A stretch of 64,000 nucleotides of DNA from Bryobacterales bacterium (GCA_963422375.2 OY729428.2:3592390-3656389), one strand, 5' to 3'. Positions 1 through 11,281 are shown, counted from the first letter of the stretch. Notes: generated from the sequence alone by a model not told the origin. Translations and numbers: made by a program.

Positions 1-569
1 TAACCGTCCACCGCGAACAGGACCCTAGGGCGGATCTGCCCGAAGCGGTCCACGACCGCGTCCGCGCCGAAGTCGGGGGAGGAGGAGGACCAAACGGCCC
101 CGAGGCTCGCGGAGGCGAGCATGGCCGTCACGGCTTCCGGCACGTTGGCGACGTACCCCGCCACGCGGTCGCCGCGGCCGATACCCGCCCGGACGAGCGA
201 CGCCGCCACGGACGCGACCTCGAAATAGAGCTGCCTGTAGGAGACCGACCGCCTGCTCCCGTCCTCGCTGCGAGCCACCAAGGCCTCGCGCCTGTCGCGG
301 TAGCGCAGGAGATTCTCGGCGAAGTTCAGTTCCGCGCCCGGAAACCACCGCGCGCCGGGCATCCGCTCGATGCCGTCCACAGTCCGATCGGGCCGACGCC
401 GGGCCCGCACTCCAGCAAACCGCCACAGCGCCGCCCAGAAGCAGGCCGGGGACTCGACCGACCATCGGTGCAGGCTCTCGTAGTCGGTCGCTCCGACCTC
501 GTTCATGAAGCGCCAGAGACCGGATGCTGCGACCCGCGCAGGCGATGGGGTCCAGATCGGCTCTGTCAT
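1..569 (-). CDS. Acetoacetate--CoA ligase (5' part; runs off the window)
   Basis: Manual translation from the ATG at 569: MTEPIWTPSPARV...YESLHRWSV...WFPGAELNFAENLL...GDRVAGY...AMLASASLGAVWSSSSPDFG...VVDRFGQIRP, which is typical of acetoacetyl-CoA synthetases. Confidence 0.85.
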   Translation of the reverse strand, partial: MTEPIWTPSPARVAASGLWRFMNEVGATDYESLHRWSVESPACFWAALWRFAGVRARRRPDRTVDGIERMPGARWFPGAELNFAENLLRYRDRREALVARSEDGSRRSVSYRQLYFEVASVAASLVRAGIGRGDRVAGYVANVPEAVTAMLASASLGAVWSSSSPDFGADAVVDRFGQIRPRVLFAVDG

Positions 570-617
570 CCCAGGCGGCGGATTCGGACCGGCGGATCGC
601 GGAGACCCCGCGAGGGG

Positions 618-1157
618 TCAGGTGACCGGTCGGGAGGGCCCCGGGAGGCGCCAGACCACGATGGCCGATGCCAGTCCGAGGAGCAGCTTGAGCGCATCCA
701 AGCCGGTGTAGGCATGGTGTAGAGTCCAGAACGCGCTGCGCACTTCGGGCAGGGCGCTCTCCGCCGCGAAGTCCATCATTCGGCCTAGCCGAACTGTCTC
801 CGGGACGACGTACAAGGTCAGGACAACCGAGACTGCGAGCATCGTGCCGGTCGCGCCGGTCACTCTCCAGCCGCCCCCGCCCCGCCATGCCAGCAGCACC
901 GCAAGCATCCCGAGCGGAAGCTGGGCCCAGCCCCAGCCCCGAAAGAACAGGCGGTTGACTTCGGACGCCTGGTGACGCAGGACGAGGCGCAGGCCGTCGT
1001 CCGAGACCGCGCCCGCCGCCTCGCGGAAGCCCTCGTCCCGCGATGCCTGCACGCTCGCCGCGACCGCAAAGTTCTGGATCGCGGTCTGCCACATGAAGAG
1101 CGTCCCGGCGCACCATGCGCCGAGGAGGAAGCAGAGCGGGAGGGCGCTGCGTCTCAT
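618..1157 (-). CDS. DUF4149-like integral membrane protein
   Basis: About four hydrophobic segments and a C-terminal 'FWTLHHAYTGLD' motif. The start overlaps the yggX stop codon. Confidence 0.6.
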   Translation of the reverse strand: MRRSALPLCFLLGAWCAGTLFMWQTAIQNFAVAASVQASRDEGFREAAGAVSDDGLRLVLRHQASEVNRLFFRGWGWAQLPLGMLAVLLAWRGGGGWRVTGATGTMLAVSVVLTLYVVPETVRLGRMMDFAAESALPEVRSAFWTLHHAYTGLDALKLLLGLASAIVVWRLPGPSRPVT

Positions 1158-1429
1158 GTGGGAGGCGCTACGTACTCGGGGGGCGGGGCCGCGCCCTCCC
1201 CGAAGAAAAAGGCCTCCATCTGGCTGATGATCAGTTCCTGTGCCTGCAGAGTAGCCGGGTTCAGGCGGTACTCGTTGATGATCATCTTCAGGTGCTCCGC
1301 CCACTGGGCCCAAGCTACCTTGGAGACGTTTTCGTAGATCCGGCGACCGAGGTCGCTGTCGAAGGGCGCCTCGTCCAGCCCGGGGAGCCTCTTGCGCAGC
1401 TTGACGCACTGAACCATCCGCTCGGCCAT
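1154..1429 (-). CDS. yggX: Fe(II)-trafficking / oxidative damage protection protein
   Basis: MAERMVQCVKL...GLDEAPF...LGRRIYENVSKVAWAQW...MIINEYRL...MEAFFFG matches the YggX signature; 91 aa. Confidence 0.9.
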   Translation of the reverse strand: MAERMVQCVKLRKRLPGLDEAPFDSDLGRRIYENVSKVAWAQWAEHLKMIINEYRLNPATLQAQELIISQMEAFFFGEGAAPPPEYVAPPT

Positions 1430-1484
1430 GCTTCCATTATCGTAGAACTCGAAGGGCGGCAGCGCCGCCGGGAGGATTGGCGTC

Positions 1485-2060
1485 ATGGGAATGACCACGG
1501 TCGCGTTCGAAGTCGGCGAGGGAACACTCGTCCTGCAGACCGGAGACATCACCAAGGTGCCCTCTGACGCGGTCGCGAATGCGGCCAACGCGCAGCTGGC
1601 CGGAGGGGGAGGCGTCGACGGGGCGATTCACCGCGCCGGAGGGCGAGCGATCATGCGGGAGCTGGACAAGATCCGAGCGAAAGCAGGGGACTGCGAGCCA
1701 GGGGACGCGGTCGCGACATCCGCGGGGAAGCTTCCGGCCAAGTGGGTGCTGCACGCCGTCGGGCCGATCTACGCGGGCGGAGCGAATGGCGAGGCGGCTA
1801 CTCTCGCGTCGTGCTACCGCCGCTGCCTCGACCTAGCCGGCGAGCTCGGGGCTCGGTCGCTGTCGCTGCCGGCCATCAGCACGGGCGCCTACGGCTACCC
1901 CCTGGACGATGCCGCGAGAATTGCCGTGGAGACCGTCGCAGCCGTCATGTCCGACCGCAGCACACCGGTCCGGCGGGTGGCCTTCGTGCTGTTCGGGGAG
2001 GAGACGTTCGAGGCGTTCGCTACGGCCGCTCGGCGGGCACTGCCGAAAACCCTGTCCTGA
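1485..2060 (+). CDS. Macro domain protein (O-acetyl-ADP-ribose deacetylase, YmdB-like)
   Basis: GDIT, DAVANAAN, GGGGVDGAIHRAGG, HAVGP and PAISTGAYGYP motifs. Confidence 0.92.
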   Translation: MGMTTVAFEVGEGTLVLQTGDITKVPSDAVANAANAQLAGGGGVDGAIHRAGGRAIMRELDKIRAKAGDCEPGDAVATSAGKLPAKWVLHAVGPIYAGGANGEAATLASCYRRCLDLAGELGARSLSLPAISTGAYGYPLDDAARIAVETVAAVMSDRSTPVRRVAFVLFGEETFEAFATAARRALPKTLS

Positions 2061-5000
2061 GCGGGTCGAAGGTCAATACCGACCTCGACGGCTTCCGGCA
2101 GCACCCCGGCCCATGCCGGGATTGGAAGCTGCCGCGGCCAAGGCTCGAGCCCGCACGATGCGGACCGCTGGATTGACCGTCCGCATCTGCCGAGAATCCG
2201 CAACGCAGGCAGCGGCAGCGCTTGCCCTTGTGATTAGATCGTTCCCGTTCCTTTCCCGCCGCGCTCGGCTCGCAGGGCGTCGGCCGCCCCGGCCGTCGTC
2301 CTCGACCGTCTCCAGCCATCGCTTGATCCAGCCCGGCATTCGCCCGTCTCTTTCGCGCCGCGCGATGGACCGCATCAAGTCTTGGGACCGACATCTCGCG
2401 TGCGGCCTCCGCGCCGGGAACGAGTGCGGTCGACGCCCTCAGAAGACGAACCTCAGTCCGAACTGGACGAGGCGCTGCGTGCGTTGGAACCGGCTCTCGC
2501 TGCCGGCCCTGGTAATCCGCCCCCTAGCCGGAGATGCGATGTTGGAAATCGGATTGTTGAAGTGAGGCGTGTTCGCAATGTTGAAAAACTCCGCCCTCAA
2601 CTGGAGCCGTTTTCCCTCGCGAACTCTGAAGTTCTTGTGGAGTGAAAGATTCGCAAGCTTCGTCCCCGGTCCGAAGAGCAGGTTGCATCCCGAATTGCCA
2701 AACTGCCGGAACGCAGGAGCCACGAATGCGTCCGTATCGAATCATCTCTGGATCGTCTGCTGGCTGTCGGGCAGATTTCCGTCAGCAATCCGGTCCGGCC
2801 TGGTTCCTTCACCGATGTTCAGCGTATTCGGACCGGACGGAGAGAACAGATAGCCATCCGTCAACGTAAGCATCCCGTTGATCTTCCATCCGCCGAGGAT
2901 TTGGTCGACAGCGGCAGGAGCGTCGCGGAGCAGCGCCTTGCCGCGGCCGACCGGCAAGTCGTATCCAAAGGTCGCGTTGACCGACTTGCGAAGATCCAAA
3001 GTGCTGTTGCCCCGATTCCCCGAGAGGTCCGTGATCGGCAAGCCGCCAGTTGACTCGGCAATGCTGTGCGCCCACGTGAAGTTGAGCTGGTACTGCAGGC
3101 CGCTCCAAAAGTGCTTGCGGAGAGTGGTTTGGAGGCTGTGATAGTTGGAATTTCCCCGAGTTTGCACGATCGTGACAGCAGCGTGATTCGGCCAGCTTCG
3201 CCGGCTGGCGATGGGCCCGGACCCCGGGGTTGCTTGGTTGAAGCTGATCCCTTGACGCAATGCAGTTGCCTTCGATCCCACGTAGGCCACCGGCAACTGC
3301 TGCTGGGCCGGCAACTGCTGCTGGATCGGGAAATTCCATTGCTGGGTGTACGGAATGGCATAGCTGTCCGGATCGTAGCCCCGGCGACTCTGCCCTGGAG
3401 AGAGCAATTCCCTTACCCTGAGCGGGCCGTCAGCCAAGCCCCGGGCACCTGCGAAATTCCCTTGGGCGTTGTCGACTCGCGTGTTGACGAAAGAACGGCG
3501 CCTGCGCTAGGATGCCGGCGTTAAGGTGAATCGGCTGGCCATTGTAGTAGACGCCGTATGCGGCGCGAACGACTGTGCCGTCCCCGATCCTGTACGCCAG
3601 CCCGACTCGAGGCACCCAGTTGTTCAGATCATTCGCAATGCCGCTTCGCCAAGGAAAAAGACCGTCGTTCACCCGAGCCGGATTCCCTGATTCTACGTCG
3701 AACTGAATCAACCGGTCGCCAACTTCAGTCTGCGGGTAGTCCTCCAAGAGATCGTAGCGGAGACCGAGATTCAGCGAGAATTTCTGGGTTACCTTCCAGT
3801 CATCTTGGAAGTAGCCCGCGTAGTCCGTCCTACGCATTCCTCGGGTTCCCTGTATGTACACGAGCTGGACGTTCCCCGGTTTCCCTAGCAATAGCTCAGC
3901 CGGGCCGAATCCCGTTCTGCTAGCGCTGCCCGGATTGTTCGTAAATCTAAGACCGAACCCGAATTGTCCCCGAGGTCTCGACGTCTGGAAGCCGTTCGTG
4001 TGGCGACGCACCGCATCGAACCCGAACCGGAAGCTGTGGTTTCCTCGGGTCATCTCGAGGTTGTCGCTGATCTGAATGTTGTTCATCGGGAGGATCGCTG
4101 GGTTCCAAAGTTTGTCCCCTAAGTTGGGGTACCCAGCGGCAGAGATAACGGACATTCCGGTCGTGAACTCATCCAAGTTTACGTTTGGAATGCCAAACTA
4201 CTCGGCCGTGTTGCGGCCGCCATTCAACGAAGTGGCCGTCAAGTTCTCCCGCGTGAATCCGGCGCGGACCTGATTGATGGTTCTGGCATTGATGATCTGT
4301 GTGTGACTCACCACGATCTGTGTCGCGGGTGCCTGGACTCGAACAAACGGCGTTGCCACCGGACCTAGAATATTTGCGAATCCGTTGACGAAATCGGTGC
4401 GGCCCCTCGTCAGCCGGAAGAATCCCCGCGACCCTCCACTGAAGTCTTGATCGATCTTGACAGTGCCTTGGTCGGCATCCTGGGTGTTGCCGGCCTCCGT
4501 AGCGAAGTTCGCCGCGAGACCGGGACCCGTCGGTTCCGGATAGAACCGCAGGATAGCCAGTCCTTGAGAGCTGAAGCGCGAGTCCGGTATCGAATTGTTC
4601 GCGAACGGCTCTCGGACGAGCTTGCGCGCTTTGTTCCGAATCGATGTGAGCGGATCGAAGATTCGGTTCCTGCCCGTCACCTCGCTGAAGTCACCGTTCC
4701 TCATCAGGTTCGTCGGGACGCTTGCGATATTCGTGGTGCTCTGCCGTGTTCGCGTCCCCTCATAGGAGACGAAGAAGAATGTCGAGCCTTCCTTGCGGCC
4801 GAGTGGCCCGCCCAACGTGGCCCCTAGCATGTTTCGCCGAAGCGGTGTCTTGTCATCGGTGTTGAAGAAATTCCTCGCGTCCAGGGCGTCGTTTCGCAGA
4901 AACCAGAACGCTGATCCGTGAAACTCGTTGGTGCCGGACTTGTAGCCCATGTTCAACGTCCCGCCCGTTCTTCCAAAGCGAGCGTCAGGCGCGGATGTCT

Positions 5001-5344
5001 CCACCCGATATTGCTCGAGCGCTTCGATTTCTGGAAATACCATCACGCCCTGGCCTTGATGGTTGCTGTTGTTCTGGAGGCCATCGACCACGAAGTTGTT
5101 GTCGACCATGGCCCCGCCGTTCACGCTTGACACCGTGCTGCCTCGAATCTGCGACAGCGGCAGGCCCGAGTTATGGGGTTGGGCCAGAACGACTCCGGCG
5201 CTGTAGCGCATCAGGTCCACGAAGTTGCGCGAGATGTTCGGGAGTTCCTTGACCTCCTCCTCGGAGCGAAGCGTACTCAATGTGGCGGTTTCGGTCTGCA
5301 GGACCGTCCCGATGGCTTCCACATCGATTGACTCGGCCACGGTG

Positions 5345-7067
5345 CAGCGGTTCTAAATTTGGCCGTCAAGGGGGTGCGTGAACGTTGTTTCGGAGGATGA
5401 GGTGAATAAGTTGACCGAGAGGTTGCGCTCCCGAGGCCGCCCCGCGGGAGCGTCGGACGGCGGGCAGGGCCGTGGCGCGGCCCGCGTCGCGAGTCCGCGG
5501 AGTGCCGAGCCCGCGACCGGACGCACTCCGGCGGTAGCCGGCTTTGACGGCCGGACGCTCGCCGGACGCTGCCGGCACGAAACTGCGCGGAGCCTAGGCC
5601 CCGGCTGCCTGGCAGCCCGGAGGCGCGCGCCCGTCGCGCACCGCCGCCAGCAGCGTCGGCCAGTCCGGGAAGCGGAACCAGCGCAGCGCGACCTGCAGCT
5701 CCCGGAACAGGGCGCGGCGCGTGACCGGCTGGCGCCGGCACTGCTGCCACAGCGCGCAGACGCACTGCACCACGGCGTGGAGCGCGAAGGCGAACAGGTT
5801 CGGCACGGCCGGCACGTTGGCCAGCCCTTCCTTGCCGTGCCCGAAGTTGCGCTTGCAGTTGCGGCCGTGCCGCGCCAGGCAGTTGCAGCCCTCGTTCTCG
5901 ATCTTCCAGCGCGCCCGGCCGGCCCGCGCGATCCGCTCCGCGTTGTCCGCGGTGACCGCGAGACCGGTGAAGAAGCTGTTGGCGCAGGCGCGCTTGCCGT
6001 CGCGCTCCACGGCGTACTTGAGCCAAGTGCCCCGCAGGGCGTCGCGGCCCTGGCGCAGGGGCGCCGCGGCCGTCCAGCGGAAACGGTGCCGCTCGGAGCG
6101 CTTGCCCTTCCCGCGCCGCGGCAGCCAGCCGGTCGAGCGCACCGCGCCGCTCGCCCGCCGGCTCTCCAGCTCCTCGTACAATCCCTTGTGGGATCCGGGC
6201 TTGCATACCCGGATGTAGTCCATGCCGGCCGCCGCGGCGGCCTCGCAGAGCGGCTGGCAGCAGTACAGGTCATCGCCCGGCAGAACGGGGCGGCAGGCCT
6301 GCAGCCAGGCGCCCTGAGCGGCGATCCAGCGCTTGGCGGCGTTGCGCTCGCAGTCCTGCTTGCGCTCGTCCTCGCTCATGTCGGCGCGGGTCGCGGCCGC
6401 GTCCTGCTGCGGGCGCGCGAACTCGGGCATCAGCGGCAGGACGGTGGCGTGGCCGTCGGCCACCGCGGTGGCCGACGGCCATGGCGTGGAAGTGATGCGG
6501 TCGGCGCTCGCTGCCGACGTGCCGCACCGAGCACTGCGGGCAATGCACCCTGTCGGAGCGGTGGAACCGGACGCCGTCCGGAGCCGCCGGCAGGCGCCCG
6601 TCGAGGCGCTGGAAGGGCTCGAGCGCGCCCTGCGCGGCCACGGTTTCCAGGCACGGCCGGAACGGCGGGTCGAACGCGGCCGGGTCGCGGTCGTCGAGCA
6701 AGTTGCGGATCCGCTTGTCGCAGGGGATGCGGCCCGCGCCGAACAGGGTCCGGCAGTTGGAGCGGGAGCCGTCCCGCTCCATGCGCCGCTGGAACGCGAG
6801 GAACGACTCGCACCGGGTGCAGAAGCAGGCCGGGGCGCACCAGGGCGCAACCGGCGGCGTCGCTGACCTCGTAGCGCTTGTTGCGCTTGTTGCGACCGTC
6901 GCGCCGGTCGGCGGCCGTCTCGCGGAAGGCGCTCAGCAGTGAGTCCAGAACATGGGGCATACACCCTGGCTCACAAATTCCGCAAGCAAAAGTCAAGTGC
7001 CAGACTGCCTTCGACACCTTTCTCAGACACTCTGGAAATCCCAAAATGCCCAAATTGAGAATTGCTG
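5345..7067 (-). mobile_element. ISNCY-like (DDE) insertion sequence, copy 1, 1723 bp, degenerate transposase
   Basis: Imperfect TIRs cagcggttctaaatttgg / cagcaattctcaatttgg. 9-bp TSD gccacggtg at 5336-5344 and 7068-7076. Transposase motifs KQDCE.NAAKRW and GRARWKIENE..N...NFGHG; frameshifted. Confidence 0.9.
5594..6960 (-). pseudogene. ISNCY-family transposase, frameshifted
   Basis: Starts MPHVLDSLLSAF at 6960. The coding information is spread over three frames (ORFs 6430..7080, 6270..6782, 5594..6964). Confidence 0.8.
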
Positions 7068-7716
7068 GCCACGGTGCCAACTTCGAGTTCGAAGTCGACC
7101 GCGATTCTCTCTGACAGATTTAGCGCGACTTCCTTCGCTGCCGTCCGAAGGCCGTCGCTGGAAGCCGTGATTCGGTAGGTTCCTGGTGGCAGCGGCGGGG
7201 TAACGTACAGTCCGGACGCGTTGGTCTCCCGAGTCAGCCGGTAATTCGTGCCGGTGTTGAGGACCTCAACGTTCGCGCCCGGAATGACCGCCCCCGTGCC
7301 GTCGGCAATGGTGCCGCTCAGTACGCCCGTGTCGACTTGTGCAACTAGTGCGGCGCTGCAAGCGAGCAGCGCAATGAAGATCTGTTCCGTCTGCGTGCTG
7401 TGTCGCATCTCGACCCCTCCTGAGGAATTCCGGAGCCAGCGCAAATCACCGGTCGGGCCCGACTTGATGCAACCCTACGCTTCGAACGCTGATCGTAGCG
7501 GCAGGGCGCCCTTCGGTGGATTCGGCTGCCGGTCCTGTCCACGGTCGGCATCCTACCCGCATAGGGGATTCTTGTCAACGCCCTTTCCGCCTCAGGGTTG
7601 CGCCAAACACACATGAACGCGGTGCCTTCTCCCCGCGGGCATCAAATCGGGCGCGAGCGCGGGAGCGCCGGGTTGCGACCATGGATGACGGAGGCGGGGA
7701 GAGCACGTCATTGCTT

Positions 7717-9183
7717 GGGAATGATATATCTGAATGCCGACGACGCCATGTTCGGTTGGAATTGCTCTTATCGGGGAGGTCGGCGCCCGGCTCGGGTTAG
7801 TCGTGGGCGGTCGCGGTAGGCACCGAAAGGTGGATTCGTATCTGAATCGCACCTGCAAGCGGATTGCACGGCGCACGGGACTAGAGAGGCCGCGTGGCAC
7901 GCCCCGGTGGAACCCGGCTTGCCGTGGAGAGGCACCCCTGCCAAGCCGATTTCATGCCCTCCGAGGGCCGCGGACACTGGATCCCCAGCTCGGGACTGCC
8001 TGCATGAATTGTCCGGGCTGGACAGGGACCGCGCCGGGGAAATCCGGATCCGGAGCGCCCTTCAGACCGGGCGTGAAGAGAGCCCGTAACGGGCCGCCGC
8101 GCTCAGGCCGCGACCGCGGCCTTGCCGATTCAGCGTCTTGCCGACCAAGCCCCGAGTCATGCGCCGCATCCGTTCCGCCGTGTCGCAGTCGCGGTCGTTG
8201 CGCCGTCCCGCGAACTCCGTGAGGTAGCGGCCGAGATGACGGACGCTCATCCGGTGATAGGTTCCGTACAGGCCGCGCTTGAACAGGGACCAAAACGACT
8301 CGATGCCGTTCGTATGCGCTGCCCCGCGCACGTACTCGCCGCCGGAGTGCCTGACGGCTTCGTGCGAGAACTCCGCCATGCCGGCGTAGGCCGCCGCCTC
8401 GTCGGAGCGGACCTGCGCCCCCGGCGCGACGCGGGCGCGCACGAAGCCCTGCAGGTCGCCCTTGGCGGTGCCCGGCAGCGGCCGCGCGGCCACTGCGTTC
8501 CTGGCGCGGTCCCGCGCGCCCGCCACCGGGGTCTTGCCGACGGGCCCGCGCCCGGCGCGGGCCTTCTTGCTCTCGTGCTGGTTGCGTTCCTTGCCGCCGA
8601 CGTAGGTCTCGTCCACCTCCACCGGGCCGGCGAACGGGCCCCGATCCCGCTCCCGGCACGCGCGGATGCGGTGCGCCAGGTGCCGGGCCGACTTCCGGTT
8701 GATGCCTAGGTCGCGGTGCAGCTGCATGCTCGAGACGCCCTTGATGCCGGTGGTCAGCAGGAACAGGGCGACGGCCCGGGTGCGGTAGCCGAGCTTGGTG
8801 TCGGCCATCACGCTGCCGGTGCGCACGGCAAAGCGCTTGCCGCAGCCGCGGCAACGGTACGGCATCGAAGGGTGGGCCGCGCCGGACTGCACGCTGGAGC
8901 CGCGGCAGTGGGGGCACGCGGGACCGTCCGGCCAGCGCATGGAGGCGAACCACTTTTCCGCGGATTCGTCATCGGGGAACATGGCGATCACTTCCATCAA
9001 TGTGATACCTTTACGGAACCACTTTCCGGGACCTGATTTCTTCATTTACGGTATCCCCTGCTGGAACTATTCTACCAAGAAACACCACAGAATATCAACG
9101 GAAAGTCGGAAGAAATATGAAATCTTATTATGGCTTGATAATTTGCCGACTTGATTCCCTCGGCACTCAGATATATAATTCCC
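7717..9183 (-). mobile_element. IS1595-family element A, copy 1
   Basis: TIRs gggaatgatatatctgaatgccga (7717) and tcggcactcagatatataattccc (ends 9183). No matching TSD. Homologous to 30270-31846. Confidence 0.85.
8062..9045 (-). CDS. IS1595-family (ISXO2-like) transposase, probably degenerate
   Basis: RWPDGPACPHC...YRCRGC zinc ribbon, VEVDETYVGG, SDE, HTNGIESFWS and YLTEF motifs. Confidence 0.9.
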   Translation of the reverse strand: MKKSGPGKWFRKGITLMEVIAMFPDDESAEKWFASMRWPDGPACPHCRGSSVQSGAAHPSMPYRCRGCGKRFAVRTGSVMADTKLGYRTRAVALFLLTTGIKGVSSMQLHRDLGINRKSARHLAHRIRACRERDRGPFAGPVEVDETYVGGKERNQHESKKARAGRGPVGKTPVAGARDRARNAVAARPLPGTAKGDLQGFVRARVAPGAQVRSDEAAAYAGMAEFSHEAVRHSGGEYVRGAAHTNGIESFWSLFKRGLYGTYHRMSVRHLGRYLTEFAGRRNDRDCDTAERMRRMTRGLVGKTLNRQGRGRGLSAAARYGLSSRPV

Positions 9184-9534
9184 ATTCGAATGACCCGAGC
9201 CAGACGCCGACCTCCCTGCTCAGAGCAGTTCTCGTCGGACATGGCGTTGTCGGCACTCAGATATATAGTGCTTGTGACAAAACCCCTGAATTCTGGCCTG
9301 ATCAGCATTTCATACTACATCCTGATGTCGGATGGATCTCCAAATACAACATATAGGGCCCAAGGTCGGAAGTTGCTCAGCCGCCAATCACGAAGATTTC
9401 CGCGCTCTACCCAGAATTGGCAGGATTTCGGACTAGTCGTAGCATTCCAGTGAAATCTTCGCCTTGAGAGATTGGACCTAACGCCTTTGTTGTCAAGGGT
9501 ATACGAGTTTTGTCACAGGCACTATATAATTCCC
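9184..9534 (+). mobile_element. Orphan downstream end of a further IS1595-A copy, with its TIR split by a MITE
   Basis: 9184-9265 plus 9525-9534 match 31758-31846 (gaatgacccg...tcggcactcagatatataattccc). Confidence 0.8.
9266..9524. mobile_element. 259-bp MITE (IS630/Tc1-like, TA target), copy 1
   Basis: TIRs tagtgcttgtgacaaaac / gttttgtcacaggcacta with a flanking TA duplication. Non-coding and AT-rich relative to the genome. A near-identical inverted copy lies at 31852-32110. Confidence 0.85.
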
Positions 9535-9536
9535 TT

Positions 9537-10569
9537 CCTGACTACCCACAAGACTCAGCAAAGGGTAGGAGGCGGTACGGCATGGGCGGGGTGCGCACGG
9601 AGGCGTGGAGCAGGCGGGGGACCAGCGCCTCCAGGTCGTAGCGGCGGTTGAAGCGGTAGCGGAACTCGGCGAGGTACCGCGGCAGATGCTTGCCGTCGAG
9701 CGCAGGGCAGGTTCCCGCCAGGGACTGCTTGACGTGCGCCAGCATCGTGTTGACCCGGACGAAGCGGGAATCCCCGCAGCTCCGCTGCCCGCCTCCGGTG
9801 ACGGTCGGCACGTGCTCGCAGCCGGCGTCGGCCACGTCCCGCAAGCAGGCCGGGCCGTCGGAATGCACCTCCGTGCCGGGCTGCAAGTGCCGCCCGGCCC
9901 ACGCTGCCAGCGTCTTCTTGCGCAAGCCCGCCACGCCGCTCATGCGCATCCTTGCCGGCTTGCCGGCGGCGGCGACCTGCACGGCGGCGACGAACGGCGT
10001 CTTGCCCGCCGCGCCGCGACCGCGCGTGCCGCCGGTCCGCTCCCCGCCCCGGCAGGCGTCGTCCGCCTGCACGATGCCGCCCGGCGGCACGCGCTCGTCG
10101 CGCTCCTTCAGCACTGGCAGGAGCTTGTGCTTCACCTTCCAGGCCGTGTTCCGGCTGACCCCCAGCTGCCGCGCCAGTTCCAGCGACGAAACGCCGTGCT
10201 GGCCCTGCGTCGGCAGGTGGAGCGCCAGGAACCGGACGGTCAGCGGCAGCTTGGTGGCGGCGAAGATCGTGCCGGCGACGAGGGAGGTCCGGCGGTGGCA
10301 GGCATGGCACTGCCAGAGCTTGCGGGAGCGGATGCGGCAGTGCCGCCGGGAGCCGCACTCCGGGCAGCGGAAGCCGTCCGGCCAGCGGGCGTTGAAGACG
10401 GCGCGCTCGCATGGCCCCTCGCTGCCGTAGTGCTGCAGGAACTTGCCCGGACTGAGTCCCTTCTGGAATTGCACGCGATTGCGTTTCATCTGCTATCCCC
10501 TTTCCTAGCAGAGATTTCCGACCTCCTCCAGTATGGCATATCCTCGACTGACGTTCGTTGGTAATCAGG
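9537..10569 (-). mobile_element. IS1595-family element B
   Basis: TIRs cctgactaccca / ttggtaatcagg. 8-bp TSD attccctt at 9529-9536 and 10570-10577. Confidence 0.88.
9542..10489 (-). CDS. IS1595-family transposase B, with degenerate conserved residues
   Basis: QFQKGLS...RWPDGFRCPEC...WQCHAC...TSLVAGTIF..TKLPL, RGRGAAGKTPFVAAV and RYLAEFRYRFNRR motifs. Confidence 0.9.
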   Translation of the reverse strand: MKRNRVQFQKGLSPGKFLQHYGSEGPCERAVFNARWPDGFRCPECGSRRHCRIRSRKLWQCHACHRRTSLVAGTIFAATKLPLTVRFLALHLPTQGQHGVSSLELARQLGVSRNTAWKVKHKLLPVLKERDERVPPGGIVQADDACRGGERTGGTRGRGAAGKTPFVAAVQVAAAGKPARMRMSGVAGLRKKTLAAWAGRHLQPGTEVHSDGPACLRDVADAGCEHVPTVTGGGQRSCGDSRFVRVNTMLAHVKQSLAGTCPALDGKHLPRYLAEFRYRFNRRYDLEALVPRLLHASVRTPPMPYRLLPFAESCG

Positions 10570-10580
10570 ATTCCCTTTAC

Positions 10581-10860
10581 TTGAGGTGCAGCACTGGGGA
10601 CGCCGCAGCCCCGACTCGCTACGCACTTGGATCGGCGAGGCTCGCAACTTTCGGGTGCAGATAGCCAGCGTGCTGAGGAAGAACCCGGGGCTCAAGGGGA
10701 AGCTCGACGAAGCGTTCACCGAAGCTTAGAAGGACGGGCGCGCCTACGCCGTAGCCCAGCTGGTCGGCAACGAGGAATCCGCCGGAGGTGCGACCGCAGC
10801 CACCCGGCGCAAGTGGCGCTCCGCCATCCCCGCCAGGGCGGCGAGACACACGAGGACTCT
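10581..10860 (+). pseudogene. DUF29-family C-terminal fragment
   Basis: Manual translation LEVQHW...SLRTWIGEARNFRVQIASVLRKNPGLKGKLDEAFTEA*KDGRAYA resembles DUF29 (W..TI...R..I...L..SPSLK..L...AY). Internal stop; 5' part missing. Confidence 0.5.
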
Positions 10861-11005
10861 TGACCGCCCGCAGTCGAGGGGGTTCTGTGCGACTGCCTGT
10901 CCGAGCGCAGCCCGGGCCAAGAGCCGTGAGGGTCCCCACTGCCCGAGCTGCCGAGCCCATGCCTCGCGTGGCTCGGCGCCGGATCGGCACCGCAGGCGAC
11001 GGTTG

Positions 11006-11281
11006 CTAGTTCGTGCTCTTGACGCCGCCTCTCCTGCCGGTGGCGATGGCGCGGGAGGGGTCGACTCGCCGCACGCGGTGGTTGTCGGAGTCGGCGATGT
11101 ATGGGCTGCCGCGGGCGTCCAGCGCCACGCCTTGGGGCCGGTCCATGCGGGCGGCCGCGACGGGCCCGCCGTCGCTGCCCTCGGCGCCGCTGCCGGCGAC
11201 GGCGGTGGCATATCCGGGTTGGGTCCCGGCGGGCGTCAGGGCGAGGAGCGCAGCGAAGTACAAGCCTCCGCAGCCGCCCAA
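11006..11281 (-). pseudogene. Truncated NHL-repeat protein (single repeat after a signal-like segment)
   Basis: VAGSGAEGSDGGPVAAARMDRPQGVALDARGSPYIADSDNHRVRRVD is one NHL/teneurin-type repeat. Confidence 0.7.

Larger units (their letters stand above)
2439..7408 (-). pseudogene. TonB-dependent receptor with an N-terminal carboxypeptidase-regulatory-like domain; interrupted by an IS, with nonsense mutations and a frameshift
   Basis: Signal peptide followed by SGTIADGTGAVIPGANV (7068-7408). It resumes as TVAESIDV...KSGTNEFHGS...RNDALDARNFF. In-frame stops at 4198-4200 (TAG) and 2742-2744 (TGA), and a frameshift near 3440-3490. C-terminus RAEFFNIAN...RLVQFGLRFVF. Confidence 0.9.

Noticed and set aside
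2742..4200. Recoding (Sec/Pyl or alternative code) of the in-frame TGA and TAG in the TonB receptor
   Set aside because: The gene is also IS-interrupted and frameshifted, and TAG and TGA are used as normal stops throughout the window.
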